Part shown: piece by piece, positions 27,080 through 36,164 of the stretch
Position numbering within the stretch: position 1 is the first letter of the stretch
Layout: every line of letters starts with the position of its first letter
DNA from: a virus
Taxonomy: Duplodnaviria > Caudoviricetes
DNA: 36,325 nt
Strand: one strand, 5' to 3'
Virus record (IMG/VR): IMGVR_UViG_3300016672_000052
Coordinates: 1-36,325 of that record
Program-made: the position numbers and the translations under genes
The notes under the pieces: model-generated
Databases searched by the model: none
The model's input: only the letters and a program-made list of their open reading frames with translations
Told to the model about the DNA's origin: nothing

Positions 27080-27550
27080 ATGAAACGCCCAGTTCTAGAC
27101 AGCAGAAAGAGCGTCGTAATGGCCGTCATCGGCGCCTACCCAGGTGGTCGGTCGTATGCCTCGGCAGACCTAGGTATGCCGCTGAAGAAGTTCGACAACC
27201 AGGCCTACGAGAACGCCGGCAGCCGCCCGCTGACCGATGAACACATTCACCGTTTGGAGCAAGTAGCCGGGACCACATTCCTGGCCGACTACATCGCCTC
27301 AATGTACGGCGGCATGTTCGTACCGCTGAGCGTCCCGGAGAACCTGGACAACGTGGAGTTGTACAGCCGGTCCCTGAAGGCCTCGGCCCAGCGGGGCAAA
27401 GTCGACCAGATCATGTCTGCGGCCCTGGATGACGGTGTTATCGAAAGGCGTGAAGCCGACGCGATCATCGCTGCCCTGATCACTTACATGTCCGCCCGCT
27501 ACGCCGAGGTGTTTGCAACTATCCAGCTGTACAGCCAGGGAGCTGTTTAG
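27080..27550 (+). CDS. CII/YmfL-like phage regulatory protein
   Basis: YPGG......LG N-terminus and ALDDGVI...E C-terminus. Position. Confidence 0.75.
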   Translation: MKRPVLDSRKSVVMAVIGAYPGGRSYASADLGMPLKKFDNQAYENAGSRPLTDEHIHRLEQVAGTTFLADYIASMYGGMFVPLSVPENLDNVELYSRSLKASAQRGKVDQIMSAALDDGVIERREADAIIAALITYMSARYAEVFATIQLYSQGAV

Positions 27551-27843
27551 TGAGCACTTACAAACTGGTCTGCCCTCACTGCCACGGCCGCATGCGCATC
27601 CGCACCAGCGAAGGCCAACACATCTTCCTGCGCATCACTTACATGCAATGCACGAACGAAGCCTGCGGCTGGGCGGTGCGTGCTGAGTTTCAAATGACCC
27701 ACGAACTGAGCCCAAGCGGCATGCCCAACCCAGCTGTAAAGCTGCCAGTTGCAGACGTGGTCATTCGTCGCCAGGCAATGAAAACGGCCAACGATCAACC
27801 CGATCTGCTGGACCAACTGGAAATGGAGGCCACGACCGCATGA
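27550..27843 (+). CDS. ogr: Ogr/Delta-family zinc-finger late activator
   Basis: CPHC...IRTS...Y.QC.N..CG...LSPS. Confidence 0.92.
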   Translation: MSTYKLVCPHCHGRMRIRTSEGQHIFLRITYMQCTNEACGWAVRAEFQMTHELSPSGMPNPAVKLPVADVVIRRQAMKTANDQPDLLDQLEMEATTA

Positions 27844-28214
27844 ACGCCATCGAACTGACTACCAACCCCGCCAGTGACTACCGTGCCGCGATGCAACAGG
27901 CGGCGGTGGCCTACCTCTACCGCCACCGCTGCCAGCATCTGGCCGGTGATACGCAATTGCTGGAGAACTGCATTCGCTTCCTGACGCTGTCGCTTGAAGT
28001 CCCACAAAACCTAGTGCAACGCATTGCCGAACTGGCCGTCGCCGAGTTCGAAAGTATGACCTGCAAGCGCGTTGCCTGGCTTGGTGTTCACCCGAACAGC
28101 GGTCCGTTCCGTCCGGTCATCTTGCTGTTCGACAACTGCACCCAACAGCGACACCGCGTTTCAGCGCGCTTGCTTCCGACACGCCTGCTGCTGACACGCA
28201 ACCTCCCGCACTAA
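27840..28214 (+). CDS. Hypothetical phage protein
   Basis: ATGA-coupled to ogr, GGAGG RBS. Confidence 0.75.
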   Translation: MNAIELTTNPASDYRAAMQQAAVAYLYRHRCQHLAGDTQLLENCIRFLTLSLEVPQNLVQRIAELAVAEFESMTCKRVAWLGVHPNSGPFRPVILLFDNCTQQRHRVSARLLPTRLLLTRNLPH

Positions 28215-28285
28215 CCCGAAACCAATCCCTGATGGATGCCCGCACCGCGTGGGTAGGGGAAATTTGCAACTTACTGGTGGCCGAA

Positions 28286-28531
28286 ATGAGCAAAATCACC
28301 ATAAAACTGGAGCTGGACGAACAGCAGGCGCAGCACTACCTGCTGTGGCTGACCAGTCAGTACGAAGTCACCATGGCTGATATTTGGTACTCCGATCGCT
28401 ACCGGAATGTACCCAACGGCCAGCGTGGGCCAAAAGTGCTTGCCGACTATCCACACCTGGCGGGCATTGGCAAGACGCGCCGCGAGCTGAAAAAGCGGCT
28501 CGTGGCGCCTACTGCGGAGCGTCCTCAGTGA
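28286..28531 (+). CDS. Hypothetical phage protein (81 aa)
   Basis: ATG 28286 after GGTGG. Stop overlaps the primase GTG. Confidence 0.65.
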   Translation: MSKITIKLELDEQQAQHYLLWLTSQYEVTMADIWYSDRYRNVPNGQRGPKVLADYPHLAGIGKTRRELKKRLVAPTAERPQ

Positions 28532-31341
28532 TACGTAAGCCCATGGAAGACAAGATCCGGGCTGATGTACTTCAGCGTCTGGAGTCCGATTACGGCCTCC
28601 AACACATGACCGGCACGCATTACATGCGCAAGGGCACCTGCCCCCAGTGCAACCAGAAACGCCTTTTTTCCCGCCATGACGAACCGTGGTTCATCCGCTG
28701 TGGCCGCGAAGAAAAATGCCGGTACATGGCTCCGGTCAAAGAACTGTACCCGGATCTGTTCGACGACTGGAGCAAACGGGCACCGGCCACCAGTGATCAG
28801 CCAGCCGCAAGTGCAAAGGCATACCTGGCGTTCGCGCGAGGTTTCCGTCTTGAGCTGATTGAGGGCTGGTACACCCAGGAAAGCTACTTCGATCGCGACT
28901 TGAATATCGGCTCTGCAACTGTGCGGTTTCCGCTGGAGCATGGCGGGTACTGGGAGCGCCTGATTGATCAGCCTTCCCGCTTCGGCAAGAAAAAGGCCCG
29001 GTTCCAGCCCCTCAAAAGCTACCGAGGGCATTGGTGGTGCCCACCGTGCTTGGACCTGCTGGAGGTGAACGAACTGTGGATTGTTGAGGGCATCTTCGAC
29101 GCCATTGCGCTCATTCAAAACGGTATCTCGGCCGTCGCTGCCCTGTCATCAAACGCTTTTCCAGAAGAATCGCTGAAGGCCCTCATCACCGCTCGCGGCG
29201 GCAAAACTCCCAAGTTGGTTTGGGCCTTGGACAACGAGCCAGGCGCTCACAAATACACCCGTACCTGGGTGAAACGTGCCCGCGAACTTGGCTTTACCTG
29301 CGAAGCCGCCCAGGTCACGCAGCCGGATGCACGCAAGGTTGACTGGAACGATTTGCACCAGCGCTGGGCATTTATCGATGACGAGAAAGCCCGTGCGGAA
29401 CGCATCGAAAAAGACTTGAAGGAAGCCCGTCACCAGGGCGCCCTGCTTATCGCAGACAGTGCCAGCGATAAGGCGTTGCTTATGTACCAATGGCGCGAGC
29501 GCGAGGAGTTTCACTTCTGCTTCGACTCCCGCCTGTACTGGTGGAAATTGGACCTTGCGAAATACAACAGCGCCAAGCAAGCGTTGGAGAAAAGCGACGA
29601 CCAGGAAGCCCAGGTGCTGAACGAAAAGCAGCTGCGGGAGAAGGCGCTGAACGTGGCCGGATGCGTCGTCGAAATCGCCAACTGCTACCCCAAAGCCCTC
29701 TATTTCCAGCGCAACGAGATTACCGACGAGTCTTGGTACTTCTTCCGCGTCGACTTCCCCCACGACGGTGGATCCGTGAAAAACACCTTCACCGGGGGCC
29801 AGGTCGCCGCCGCCAGCGAATTCAAAAAAAGACTTCTCGGCATGGGCGCCGGGGCCGTTTTCACCGGCAGTGGACAACAGTTGGACAAACTCATGAAAGA
29901 CCAGCTTTTCGGCATCAAGACCGTTCAGACCATCGACTACGTGGGCTACAGCAAGGAATACCACTGCTACGTGTTCAACGACGTCGCCGTCCGCGAAGGC
30001 CAGGTCATCCACATCAACGAAGAGGAGTTTTTTGAGATGGGCAAGCTGAAGCTCAAGACCCTGCAAAAAGGTGTGAAGATTGATCTGGAGAAGGACAGCA
30101 AAAACTACGACCAACAGTGGCTGGGCCTTCTGTGGCAGTGCTTTGGAGCCCAGGGAATCGTCGCGCTGACGTTCTGGTTTGGCTCACTGTTTGCCGAACA
30201 GATCCGCAGCCGCTACCAGTCGTTTCCGTTCCTTGAAGCCACGGGCGAGGCCGGCGCCGGTAAAACCACCTTGCTTACCCTGCTCTGGAAACTGGCAGGC
30301 CGGGACGGATACGAAGGGTTCGACCCATCCAAGTCCACCAAGGCAGGCCGTAGCCGCCTGATGGGACAGGTATCGGGCATGCCCATTGTGCTGCTGGAGT
30401 CGGACCGAAGCGGCGATGACAAGGCCCACGCCAAAACCTTCGAATGGGACGAACTCAAGGACTACTACGGCGGCGGCACACTCGCAACTAAGGGCGTTAA
30501 AACCGCCGGCAACGAAACGTACGAGCCCCCTTTTCGCGGCACGATTGCCATCAGCCAAAACGCCCCTGTGGTGGCGTCTGAAGCGATCATGACCCGGATT
30601 GTGAAACTGCACTTTGTACGCCCGAACGTAACGCCTGAGAGCCGTGCGGCAGCAGATCGGCTCAATGCGCTGGAAGGCTCGACGCTCAGCAACTTTGTGC
30701 TGCAGGCCGTTCGTAAGGAGCTGGAAGTGCTAGAGCTGTTTGCCCAGCGCATCCCTGGCTACGAGGCGAAGTTGCGCAACCTGCATTCGCATTGCTTTGC
30801 ATGCGAGACACCGTTTCAGGACGAGCAAGCCGATTGTCAGCATTGTGGCAACAAGCTGCGCGGGTACATCCGGGTGGAGCGAATCAACAAGAACCACGCC
30901 CAACTGCTCGCCCTGCTGGACTGCCTGCGCATGGTGGTGCCGCTCAGCGATCCGCAGATCAGCCACACCCGCACGCAGATCATCCGCATGGCGATCGAGC
31001 GCCAGTCCTCGATCAGCTCCGACCATCCGGTGGTGGCTGAATTCTGGGAAGTGTACGAGTACCTGGAAGGTCTCGACGCCGACGGCCCAGTGGTAAACCA
31101 CAGCAAAAAAGACAACGTCATCGCCATCAACCTCAACGACTTTGTGAAGTGTGCAGCCGAGCATCGCCAGAAGATCGCCGACGTCAGCGAGTTGCGCGAC
31201 CGCCTGAAAGACTCCCGCTCCCGGAAGCTGCTCGATATCAATAAAGCCACTGATAGCGCTGTACGGGCTCACCAGGCGAAGACCAGCAACGCAGTCATCA
31301 CTAAACAACCCATCGTGAAGTGCTGGCACTTTCAGGCCTGA
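28528..31341 (+). CDS. Replication protein: Zn finger + TOPRIM primase + P-loop helicase
   Basis: CPQC...CGR..KC, WIVEGIFDA and ALDNE..., DWND (TOPRIM), GEAGAGKT Walker A. Start GTG 28528 or ATG 28543. Confidence 0.92.
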   Translation: MIRKPMEDKIRADVLQRLESDYGLQHMTGTHYMRKGTCPQCNQKRLFSRHDEPWFIRCGREEKCRYMAPVKELYPDLFDDWSKRAPATSDQPAASAKAYLAFARGFRLELIEGWYTQESYFDRDLNIGSATVRFPLEHGGYWERLIDQPSRFGKKKARFQPLKSYRGHWWCPPCLDLLEVNELWIVEGIFDAIALIQNGISAVAALSSNAFPEESLKALITARGGKTPKLVWALDNEPGAHKYTRTWVKRARELGFTCEAAQVTQPDARKVDWNDLHQRWAFIDDEKARAERIEKDLKEARHQGALLIADSASDKALLMYQWREREEFHFCFDSRLYWWKLDLAKYNSAKQALEKSDDQEAQVLNEKQLREKALNVAGCVVEIANCYPKALYFQRNEITDESWYFFRVDFPHDGGSVKNTFTGGQVAAASEFKKRLLGMGAGAVFTGSGQQLDKLMKDQLFGIKTVQTIDYVGYSKEYHCYVFNDVAVREGQVIHINEEEFFEMGKLKLKTLQKGVKIDLEKDSKNYDQQWLGLLWQCFGAQGIVALTFWFGSLFAEQIRSRYQSFPFLEATGEAGAGKTTLLTLLWKLAGRDGYEGFDPSKSTKAGRSRLMGQVSGMPIVLLESDRSGDDKAHAKTFEWDELKDYYGGGTLATKGVKTAGNETYEPPFRGTIAISQNAPVVASEAIMTRIVKLHFVRPNVTPESRAAADRLNALEGSTLSNFVLQAVRKELEVLELFAQRIPGYEAKLRNLHSHCFACETPFQDEQADCQHCGNKLRGYIRVERINKNHAQLLALLDCLRMVVPLSDPQISHTRTQIIRMAIERQSSISSDHPVVAEFWEVYEYLEGLDADGPVVNHSKKDNVIAINLNDFVKCAAEHRQKIADVSELRDRLKDSRSRKLLDINKATDSAVRAHQAKTSNAVITKQPIVKCWHFQA

Positions 31342-31360
31342 CCAATCAACGGCAACACCC

Positions 31361-31408
31361 GCCATGCGCTGCAACGCTGGCCACCACCCAAAGGAGAAGC
31401 ACCATGCA
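31361..31408 (+). repeat. Hairpin-RBS leader repeat, copy 1
   Basis: GCCA(T)GCG-CTGCAA-CGCTGGC ... AAAGGAGAAGCACCATGCA. Confidence 0.8.
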
Positions 31409-31715
31409 CGTACAAGTCATCACCGGCGAGGGCCAGCAGGGCGAGACCAACCGCCTTCGGCACCTGAAAGAGCTGAAGGACTGGTTTAGCGAGTCCGGGA
31501 AAATTGTTCACGCCGAAGCCTACGACCCTGCGGGCCTGGTCGCGATCCTTGAGGTTCGAGCGGTAAGCGACAAAGAAATTCTAGTGCTGGAGTGCAGCCG
31601 GGATCAGATCCAGGCAGTCCTGGAATGGCAGTCAGCAACGGACGAGGTTGTTGAATTTGAAAACCTGCTGCTGCACCTGGTGCGGAAGCAAAACCCAACT
31701 GGCGAAAGCCAGTAA
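31404..31715 (+). CDS. Hypothetical protein, degenerate P-loop-like (103 aa)
   Basis: Strong RBS. VQVITGEGQQGET. Confidence 0.75.
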   Translation: MHVQVITGEGQQGETNRLRHLKELKDWFSESGKIVHAEAYDPAGLVAILEVRAVSDKEILVLECSRDQIQAVLEWQSATDEVVEFENLLLHLVRKQNPTGESQ

Positions 31716-31721
31716 GAAGGT

Positions 31722-31778
31722 GGTGCCGAGGGGCTGCAACCCCTCGACACCGACCACCCAAAGGAGAAGCACCATGCA
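31722..31778 (+). repeat. Hairpin-RBS leader repeat, copy 2
   Basis: GGTGCCGAGGGG-CTGCAA-CCCCTCGACACC ... 26 bp identical to copy 1 (ACCACCCAAAGGAGAAGCACCATGCA). Confidence 0.8.
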
Positions 31779-32037
31779 AGTGAATCAACCCCAAGGCGGC
31801 ACCGCTGAGGCTACCACAACCCCGCTGGCTGTCGGCGACAAGGTCAGTTACGTCGCCATCAGTGGTGGTGGTCGTAGCTACCGTTTCAGCGCCCGCAAAG
31901 CCGTAATCGAGGCAATCAATGGCGATGTCGCGACATTGCGCAGTGCAAATGGCCGAACCACCACACAGCCGCTGAGTAAATTGACACCCGACGGCCAGCC
32001 CAACGCCCTGACGCGCATGCTTATGGGAGGGGAGTGA
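31774..32037 (+). CDS. Hypothetical protein, SH3/KOW-like beta pattern (87 aa)
   Basis: Strong RBS. LAVGDKVSY...VIEAINGDVATLR. Confidence 0.75.
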   Translation: MQVNQPQGGTAEATTTPLAVGDKVSYVAISGGGRSYRFSARKAVIEAINGDVATLRSANGRTTTQPLSKLTPDGQPNALTRMLMGGE

Positions 32038-32039
32038 TC

Positions 32040-32642
32040 ATGGCTGACTACTTTTATAAGTCCAGCGAGCCAGCAACCGTCGAAATTGTTCGGAGCTACT
32101 ACGTCATGAGGGATGCTTTCAGCGCTCTACTGATTGCGCTGGGTGTGCATTTCGGCGGCAAGGTCGCATCAATGCGTGACGTCGACTCCCACTTCGCAGG
32201 CGGCGTGAAGCTCAGCGGTGGTGCCGAGCTGGATGTGCACTGGTGCCGTCCGGACGACCATGGCTATCGGAAACTGCGCACTGCTGCCAAACCTGGAAAA
32301 GGCATATCGAAAGACGAACGAACTGCCATCCGGGCGGAACATGAGCGTCTCGTCGCGCTGTGGAACGAGCATTGCCCAACACGCTTTAGCAGCACCGAAT
32401 ACTGGGATCGACTCGGCGTGAATAGCGGCAACCTTTGGCTGTGTGGCGGCGTCAAGTTTGAACTCGATGGCACCGCCTATTTCCACCTGGGATTCCAGAT
32501 CAACAAGGCCGATCACGACGCCAAAGTCGCTGCGGGGGAACCAACCAGCGGGTGGATAAATGGCGCAGTCGAGATCCTGGCCAGCGAATACGAGACCGCA
32601 CGTCTCGCAAAACTGAAAGCCATAGAGGTGGCCAATGCCTAA
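32040..32642 (+). CDS. Hypothetical phage protein (about 200 aa)
   Basis: GGAGGGGAG RBS, coupled to neighbours. Alternative start GTG 32034. Confidence 0.8.
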   Translation: MADYFYKSSEPATVEIVRSYYVMRDAFSALLIALGVHFGGKVASMRDVDSHFAGGVKLSGGAELDVHWCRPDDHGYRKLRTAAKPGKGISKDERTAIRAEHERLVALWNEHCPTRFSSTEYWDRLGVNSGNLWLCGGVKFELDGTAYFHLGFQINKADHDAKVAAGEPTSGWINGAVEILASEYETARLAKLKAIEVANA

Positions 32643-32853
32643 GCACGCCAACCCTGAGCGCGAGCGGCCGACGATGGCAAGCCACCGCCTCGACCTGCCA
32701 AGCCGGTGCGACATCTGCGGCGAAGCGCGCTCAACCCGCAAACACCAAGCCTGTAGCCGTATCCGCCAGCAACGCAAATCAGCGGAGTGGGCTGCATACA
32801 TGGCCGAGCGCGAAGCGGCAAAACAAAACAAACCGCGTCGATACGCGCACTGA
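32635..32853 (+). CDS. Hypothetical protein with CxxC...H..C putative Zn site
   Basis: CDICG..R....H..CS, GAGGT RBS. Confidence 0.75.
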   Translation: MPKHANPERERPTMASHRLDLPSRCDICGEARSTRKHQACSRIRQQRKSAEWAAYMAEREAAKQNKPRRYAH

Positions 32854-32863
32854 TACCGAACAC

Positions 32864-32920
32864 AGGCGGGACACGGGGAGCTGCAACTCCCCCACCGCTT
32901 GAAAGGAGAGGCACCATGCA
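32864..32920 (+). repeat. Hairpin-RBS leader repeat, copy 3
   Basis: GGGGAG-CTGCAA-CTCCCC ... AAAGGAGAGGCACCATGCA. Confidence 0.8.
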
Positions 32921-33230
32921 TTCAAATCAAAACTCAAACGGCACCACGTTTCACTCTTTTGAGCCAATAACACCAGTATCGGCACCACTGGAACTGACTG
33001 CTGACCTGCGCTACATCCTAGGCATTCCTCACACCAAATTAGCCAGTACAGCCCAGCTACTGCGGCAGCAAGGGCACTGTATTGGGGAGCGTAGTGAAGA
33101 TGAGCAAGCCGCTGTCATCCATTGGATGCTCGGCCACTACCTTCGTCGCGGTATCCATTGGAGGGTGTTCGCTTACGCAGATCTCGACGCCAACGATGAA
33201 TTTCCAGGGTTTCCGGGAGACGAGTCATGA
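32916..33230 (+). CDS. Hypothetical phage protein (104 aa)
   Basis: Strong RBS, coupled to the next ORF. Confidence 0.75.
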   Translation: MHSNQNSNGTTFHSFEPITPVSAPLELTADLRYILGIPHTKLASTAQLLRQQGHCIGERSEDEQAAVIHWMLGHYLRRGIHWRVFAYADLDANDEFPGFPGDES

Positions 33231-33478
33231 CCGTATTCCTGCTGCTGTACCTGTGCGCGGATGCGGCACGAACGGATTGCCAGGTGATGAAGGCTGATAG
33301 CTGGAGCGGCCCCCACGCCTACGAGCAATGCACTGAAGTCGTACCAGGCCTAACCGAGGCGCTGACTGCGCCCAACCGGGAGCGGCATCGGTTCGTTTGC
33401 GAGATCCAGGTTGATACGGCGAAAACCGCAGAGCATAAGGCTCGTCCGGTGTTTATTGATCAATCGCTTCGGATGTGA
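33227..33478 (+). CDS. Hypothetical Cys-containing protein
   Basis: ATGA overlap, GGAG RBS, four Cys. Confidence 0.7.
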   Translation: MTVFLLLYLCADAARTDCQVMKADSWSGPHAYEQCTEVVPGLTEALTAPNRERHRFVCEIQVDTAKTAEHKARPVFIDQSLRM

Positions 33479-33490
33479 TGGGAGATAAAT

Positions 33491-34663
33491 ATGGAGAACC
33501 AACCACATCAAATTCTCGTAGGTGACTGTATCGAAATGATGCGGACACTCCCCGATGGTGCCGCCCACACCTGCGTTACCAGCCCGCCCTACTACGGCCT
33601 GCGGGATTACGGTGTAGATGGGCAAATCGGGCTTGAGGAAACGCCAGCAGCGTTCATCGCTCGGCTGGTGGACGTGTTCCGCGAGGTGCGACGGGTGTTG
33701 CGCGACGACGGTACCGCCTGGGTAAACATGGGCGACAGCTACGCCGGCTCTCGTTGCGGCGGCAACAGTCAGTCAATTACTGGTGTTGGGCGTGATGAAA
33801 GTGTTACTGCCGCCAGAGTTCGTCGCACCGTCGCTTCTCGCCGTCGCGATAACGAAACCGTCCCGCGTAGCGACTACGCTGTTTCCGGCTTCAAGGCAAA
33901 AGACATGATGGGTATGCCATGGCGCTTGGCATTCGCCCTGCAGGACGACGGCTGGTACCTGCGTCAGGACATCATCTGGCACAAGCCAAACCCGATGCCC
34001 GAAAGCGTCCGCGACCGGTGCACCAAGGCCCACGAATACATATTCCTCCTGAGTAAGTCGCCAAAGTACTTCTACGATCAGTCAGCAATTCTTGAGCCAT
34101 GCTCACCTAACACCCATAACCGGCTCTCGCAAGACGTTCTCGCGCAGATCGGAAGTGACCGTGCAAATGGTGGAGCCAAGAGCAACGGCAACATGAAGGC
34201 GGTGGCCAGGAAATCAAACGGTGTGGGCTGGGGTCACGGTACCGACGGCGAAGAAAGAGCGCGGGGGCGCATCAAGGACAACGACTCGATGAATTCGGCT
34301 CTTGCCGTTATGCCAACGGAACGGAACAAGCGCAGCGTGTGGACCGTGCCGACCCACAGTTTCAAGGGGGCCCACTTCGCCACCTTCCCTCCCGACCTGA
34401 TCCGACCTTGCATCCAGGCCGGTTCACCGCGCGGTGGTGTAGTGCTTGATCCTTTCGGAGGTGCCGGTACTACTGCCGTGGTCGCTATGGAAGAGGGACG
34501 CAAATCCATCTTGTGCGAACTGAACCCTGAATACGCCGCGATGGCTGAACGTCGGATTGCATCGGCAAGGCTTGATGGTGCTGCGCAAATGGACGTGTTT
34601 CTCGACGCCCAAGCATTTAAGCCATCTCCACCACTTTCCTGCTCACTGAAGGTTGCACCATGA
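33491..34663 (+). CDS. Site-specific DNA methyltransferase, N4-C/N6-A family (beta order)
   Basis: TSPPY catalytic motif N-terminal. IIW.K, HFATFP and VLDPFGGAGTT SAM motif C-terminal. Confidence 0.94.
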   Translation: MENQPHQILVGDCIEMMRTLPDGAAHTCVTSPPYYGLRDYGVDGQIGLEETPAAFIARLVDVFREVRRVLRDDGTAWVNMGDSYAGSRCGGNSQSITGVGRDESVTAARVRRTVASRRRDNETVPRSDYAVSGFKAKDMMGMPWRLAFALQDDGWYLRQDIIWHKPNPMPESVRDRCTKAHEYIFLLSKSPKYFYDQSAILEPCSPNTHNRLSQDVLAQIGSDRANGGAKSNGNMKAVARKSNGVGWGHGTDGEERARGRIKDNDSMNSALAVMPTERNKRSVWTVPTHSFKGAHFATFPPDLIRPCIQAGSPRGGVVLDPFGGAGTTAVVAMEEGRKSILCELNPEYAAMAERRIASARLDGAAQMDVFLDAQAFKPSPPLSCSLKVAP

Positions 34664-34935
34664 ACACTGCCTTTATCCTGATGGCTCAGTACGACGGCCA
34701 GGCAATTATTTCACTGGAGCTGGTTTGCCGGGATTACTTCACGCACCTGACCCCGGACATGTTCCAGCGCAAGGTGATGAGTGGTCAGATCAAGCTGCCT
34801 ATCACCCGCATGGAGCCGAGCCAGAAGTCAGCAAGGGGCATCCACCTGACTGACCTGGCCGCATACCTCGACTCGCAGCGCGCCGCCGCTGTAAAAGAAC
34901 ACAACCAGCTCAACGGGATAAAACACGCCGTTTGA
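34660..34935 (+). CDS. PrtN-family DNA-binding protein, probable recombination directionality factor
   Basis: MNTAFILMAQY...SQKSA.G.HL.DLA.YLD. Convergent with and overlapping the integrase 3' end. Confidence 0.85.
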   Translation: MNTAFILMAQYDGQAIISLELVCRDYFTHLTPDMFQRKVMSGQIKLPITRMEPSQKSARGIHLTDLAAYLDSQRAAAVKEHNQLNGIKHAV

Positions 34936-36061
34936 GCCACTTCTCTGATGCGGCGCCCAGTTGGACGGGCGCCCTCAGTATCTTGTCGTGCCATTCCCAG
35001 CCCACGTAACGATCACCCTTGCCGCGCAGGTGGGTGTATCGCCTCATTGAATTCCAATCCCGGTGCCCGGAAACACTCGCCACGCGCGGGATGTCCCAGT
35101 CCATTTCAAACAGCCGACTGACACCCTCATGACGAAGGTCGTGGAAGTGTAGATCCACGATGGTCAAGAATTTGCAGGCTTTGGCCCAGGAGGTGGAGAT
35201 CGATTCAGGGCTGTAGGGGAAGATGTCTTCGCCGGCCTTCGGCATGGTCTGGAGGATCTGCCACGCCTCGTCCGGCAGGTTGCACCACACGTCGTTGCCA
35301 ATCTTTTGGCCGGGGTTTTTCATGTCGCGCACCAGCACACGCTGGCCTGGCTCATCGACGTCGGCCCAGCGGATGCGGGTGATTTCATCCAGACGGCGGG
35401 TGGAGAACAGGGCAAAGCCTACGACCTTGAGCATATTGATGACGCTCGGGCGCCGCGCCTGCATCGCCTGGTAGTGCGTCAGCACCTTTGCCAGTTCGTC
35501 CAGGGTAGGCCGGCGGTCTCGCTCGCGGCTTTTAAGGTTGTAGCCCAGTTTGCGCAGTACGCGGCGGGCGCCGCCCATAGCGAGCGGATCGACCTGGTAG
35601 CCCCAGGCGTCTTTGGCGATGGCCAGGACGGCGCCGAGGTGCGCCAGGTCGTTGCCGGCGGTTTGCGGCTGGACACCGCCGCCCTCCTTGCTCATCCGCC
35701 AAAGGGCGAAGTCAACCAGGCGTTGGGTATTGATGTCTGTGTCGTTTAGCTTGCCGATGTCCATCTTGCCGATCGCTTCGAGCGTGGCCTTTTTGGTTTT
35801 GCCTAGCGGGCGGGCCTTCTCCACTTCCACCAGGTACTGATCGATCATGTCTTTGACGGTGACGCCCTTACGGCTCGCCCGCTCGATCGCACCAGGTTCA
35901 TCCAACTCCGACTCACGCTTGCGCGTCCACGCTTGGGCAGCCTGTTTCCGGGCGAAGGTCTGGCTCTCTTGGTAGACTTGCACTCCGTCGCGTTTGATGC
36001 GGATTTGAGCCGTGTAGCTCACAGTCCCATCCGCCAGTTTTCTTGCCCTGATAGTCGCCAT
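34910..36061 (-). CDS. int: Tyrosine integrase, DusA-associated type (383 aa)
   Basis: TRRLDEI (R), K, FHDLRH, SGH..W...RY catalytic residues. MATIRAR start. Adjacent and divergent to dusA. Confidence 0.95.
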   Translation of the reverse strand: MATIRARKLADGTVSYTAQIRIKRDGVQVYQESQTFARKQAAQAWTRKRESELDEPGAIERASRKGVTVKDMIDQYLVEVEKARPLGKTKKATLEAIGKMDIGKLNDTDINTQRLVDFALWRMSKEGGGVQPQTAGNDLAHLGAVLAIAKDAWGYQVDPLAMGGARRVLRKLGYNLKSRERDRRPTLDELAKVLTHYQAMQARRPSVINMLKVVGFALFSTRRLDEITRIRWADVDEPGQRVLVRDMKNPGQKIGNDVWCNLPDEAWQILQTMPKAGEDIFPYSPESISTSWAKACKFLTIVDLHFHDLRHEGVSRLFEMDWDIPRVASVSGHRDWNSMRRYTHLRGKGDRYVGWEWHDKILRAPVQLGAASEKWLKRRVLSR

Positions 36062-36066
36062 ATCGA

Positions 36067-36107
36067 AAGTGGTACGCGTCTGTTTTGAGGTGGTACATCG
36101 TACCACC
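36067..36107. repeat. Putative integrase arm-type sites (three GTACCAC units)
   Basis: AAGTGGTACG, AGGTGGTACA and CGTACCACC. The last two form the dyad GGTGGTAC-ATC-GTACCACC. Confidence 0.75.
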
Positions 36108-36164
36108 GAGCCTCCAAAAACGCCTGAAAACGCCCTAAAACTCGTCAAGAACACGTTGAGTAAA

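Noticed and set aside
31361-32920. Leader repeats as CRISPR repeats or integron attC sites
   Set aside because: Spacing is gene-sized and irregular. No attC RYYYAAC/GTTRRRY box pairs and no integron integrase.
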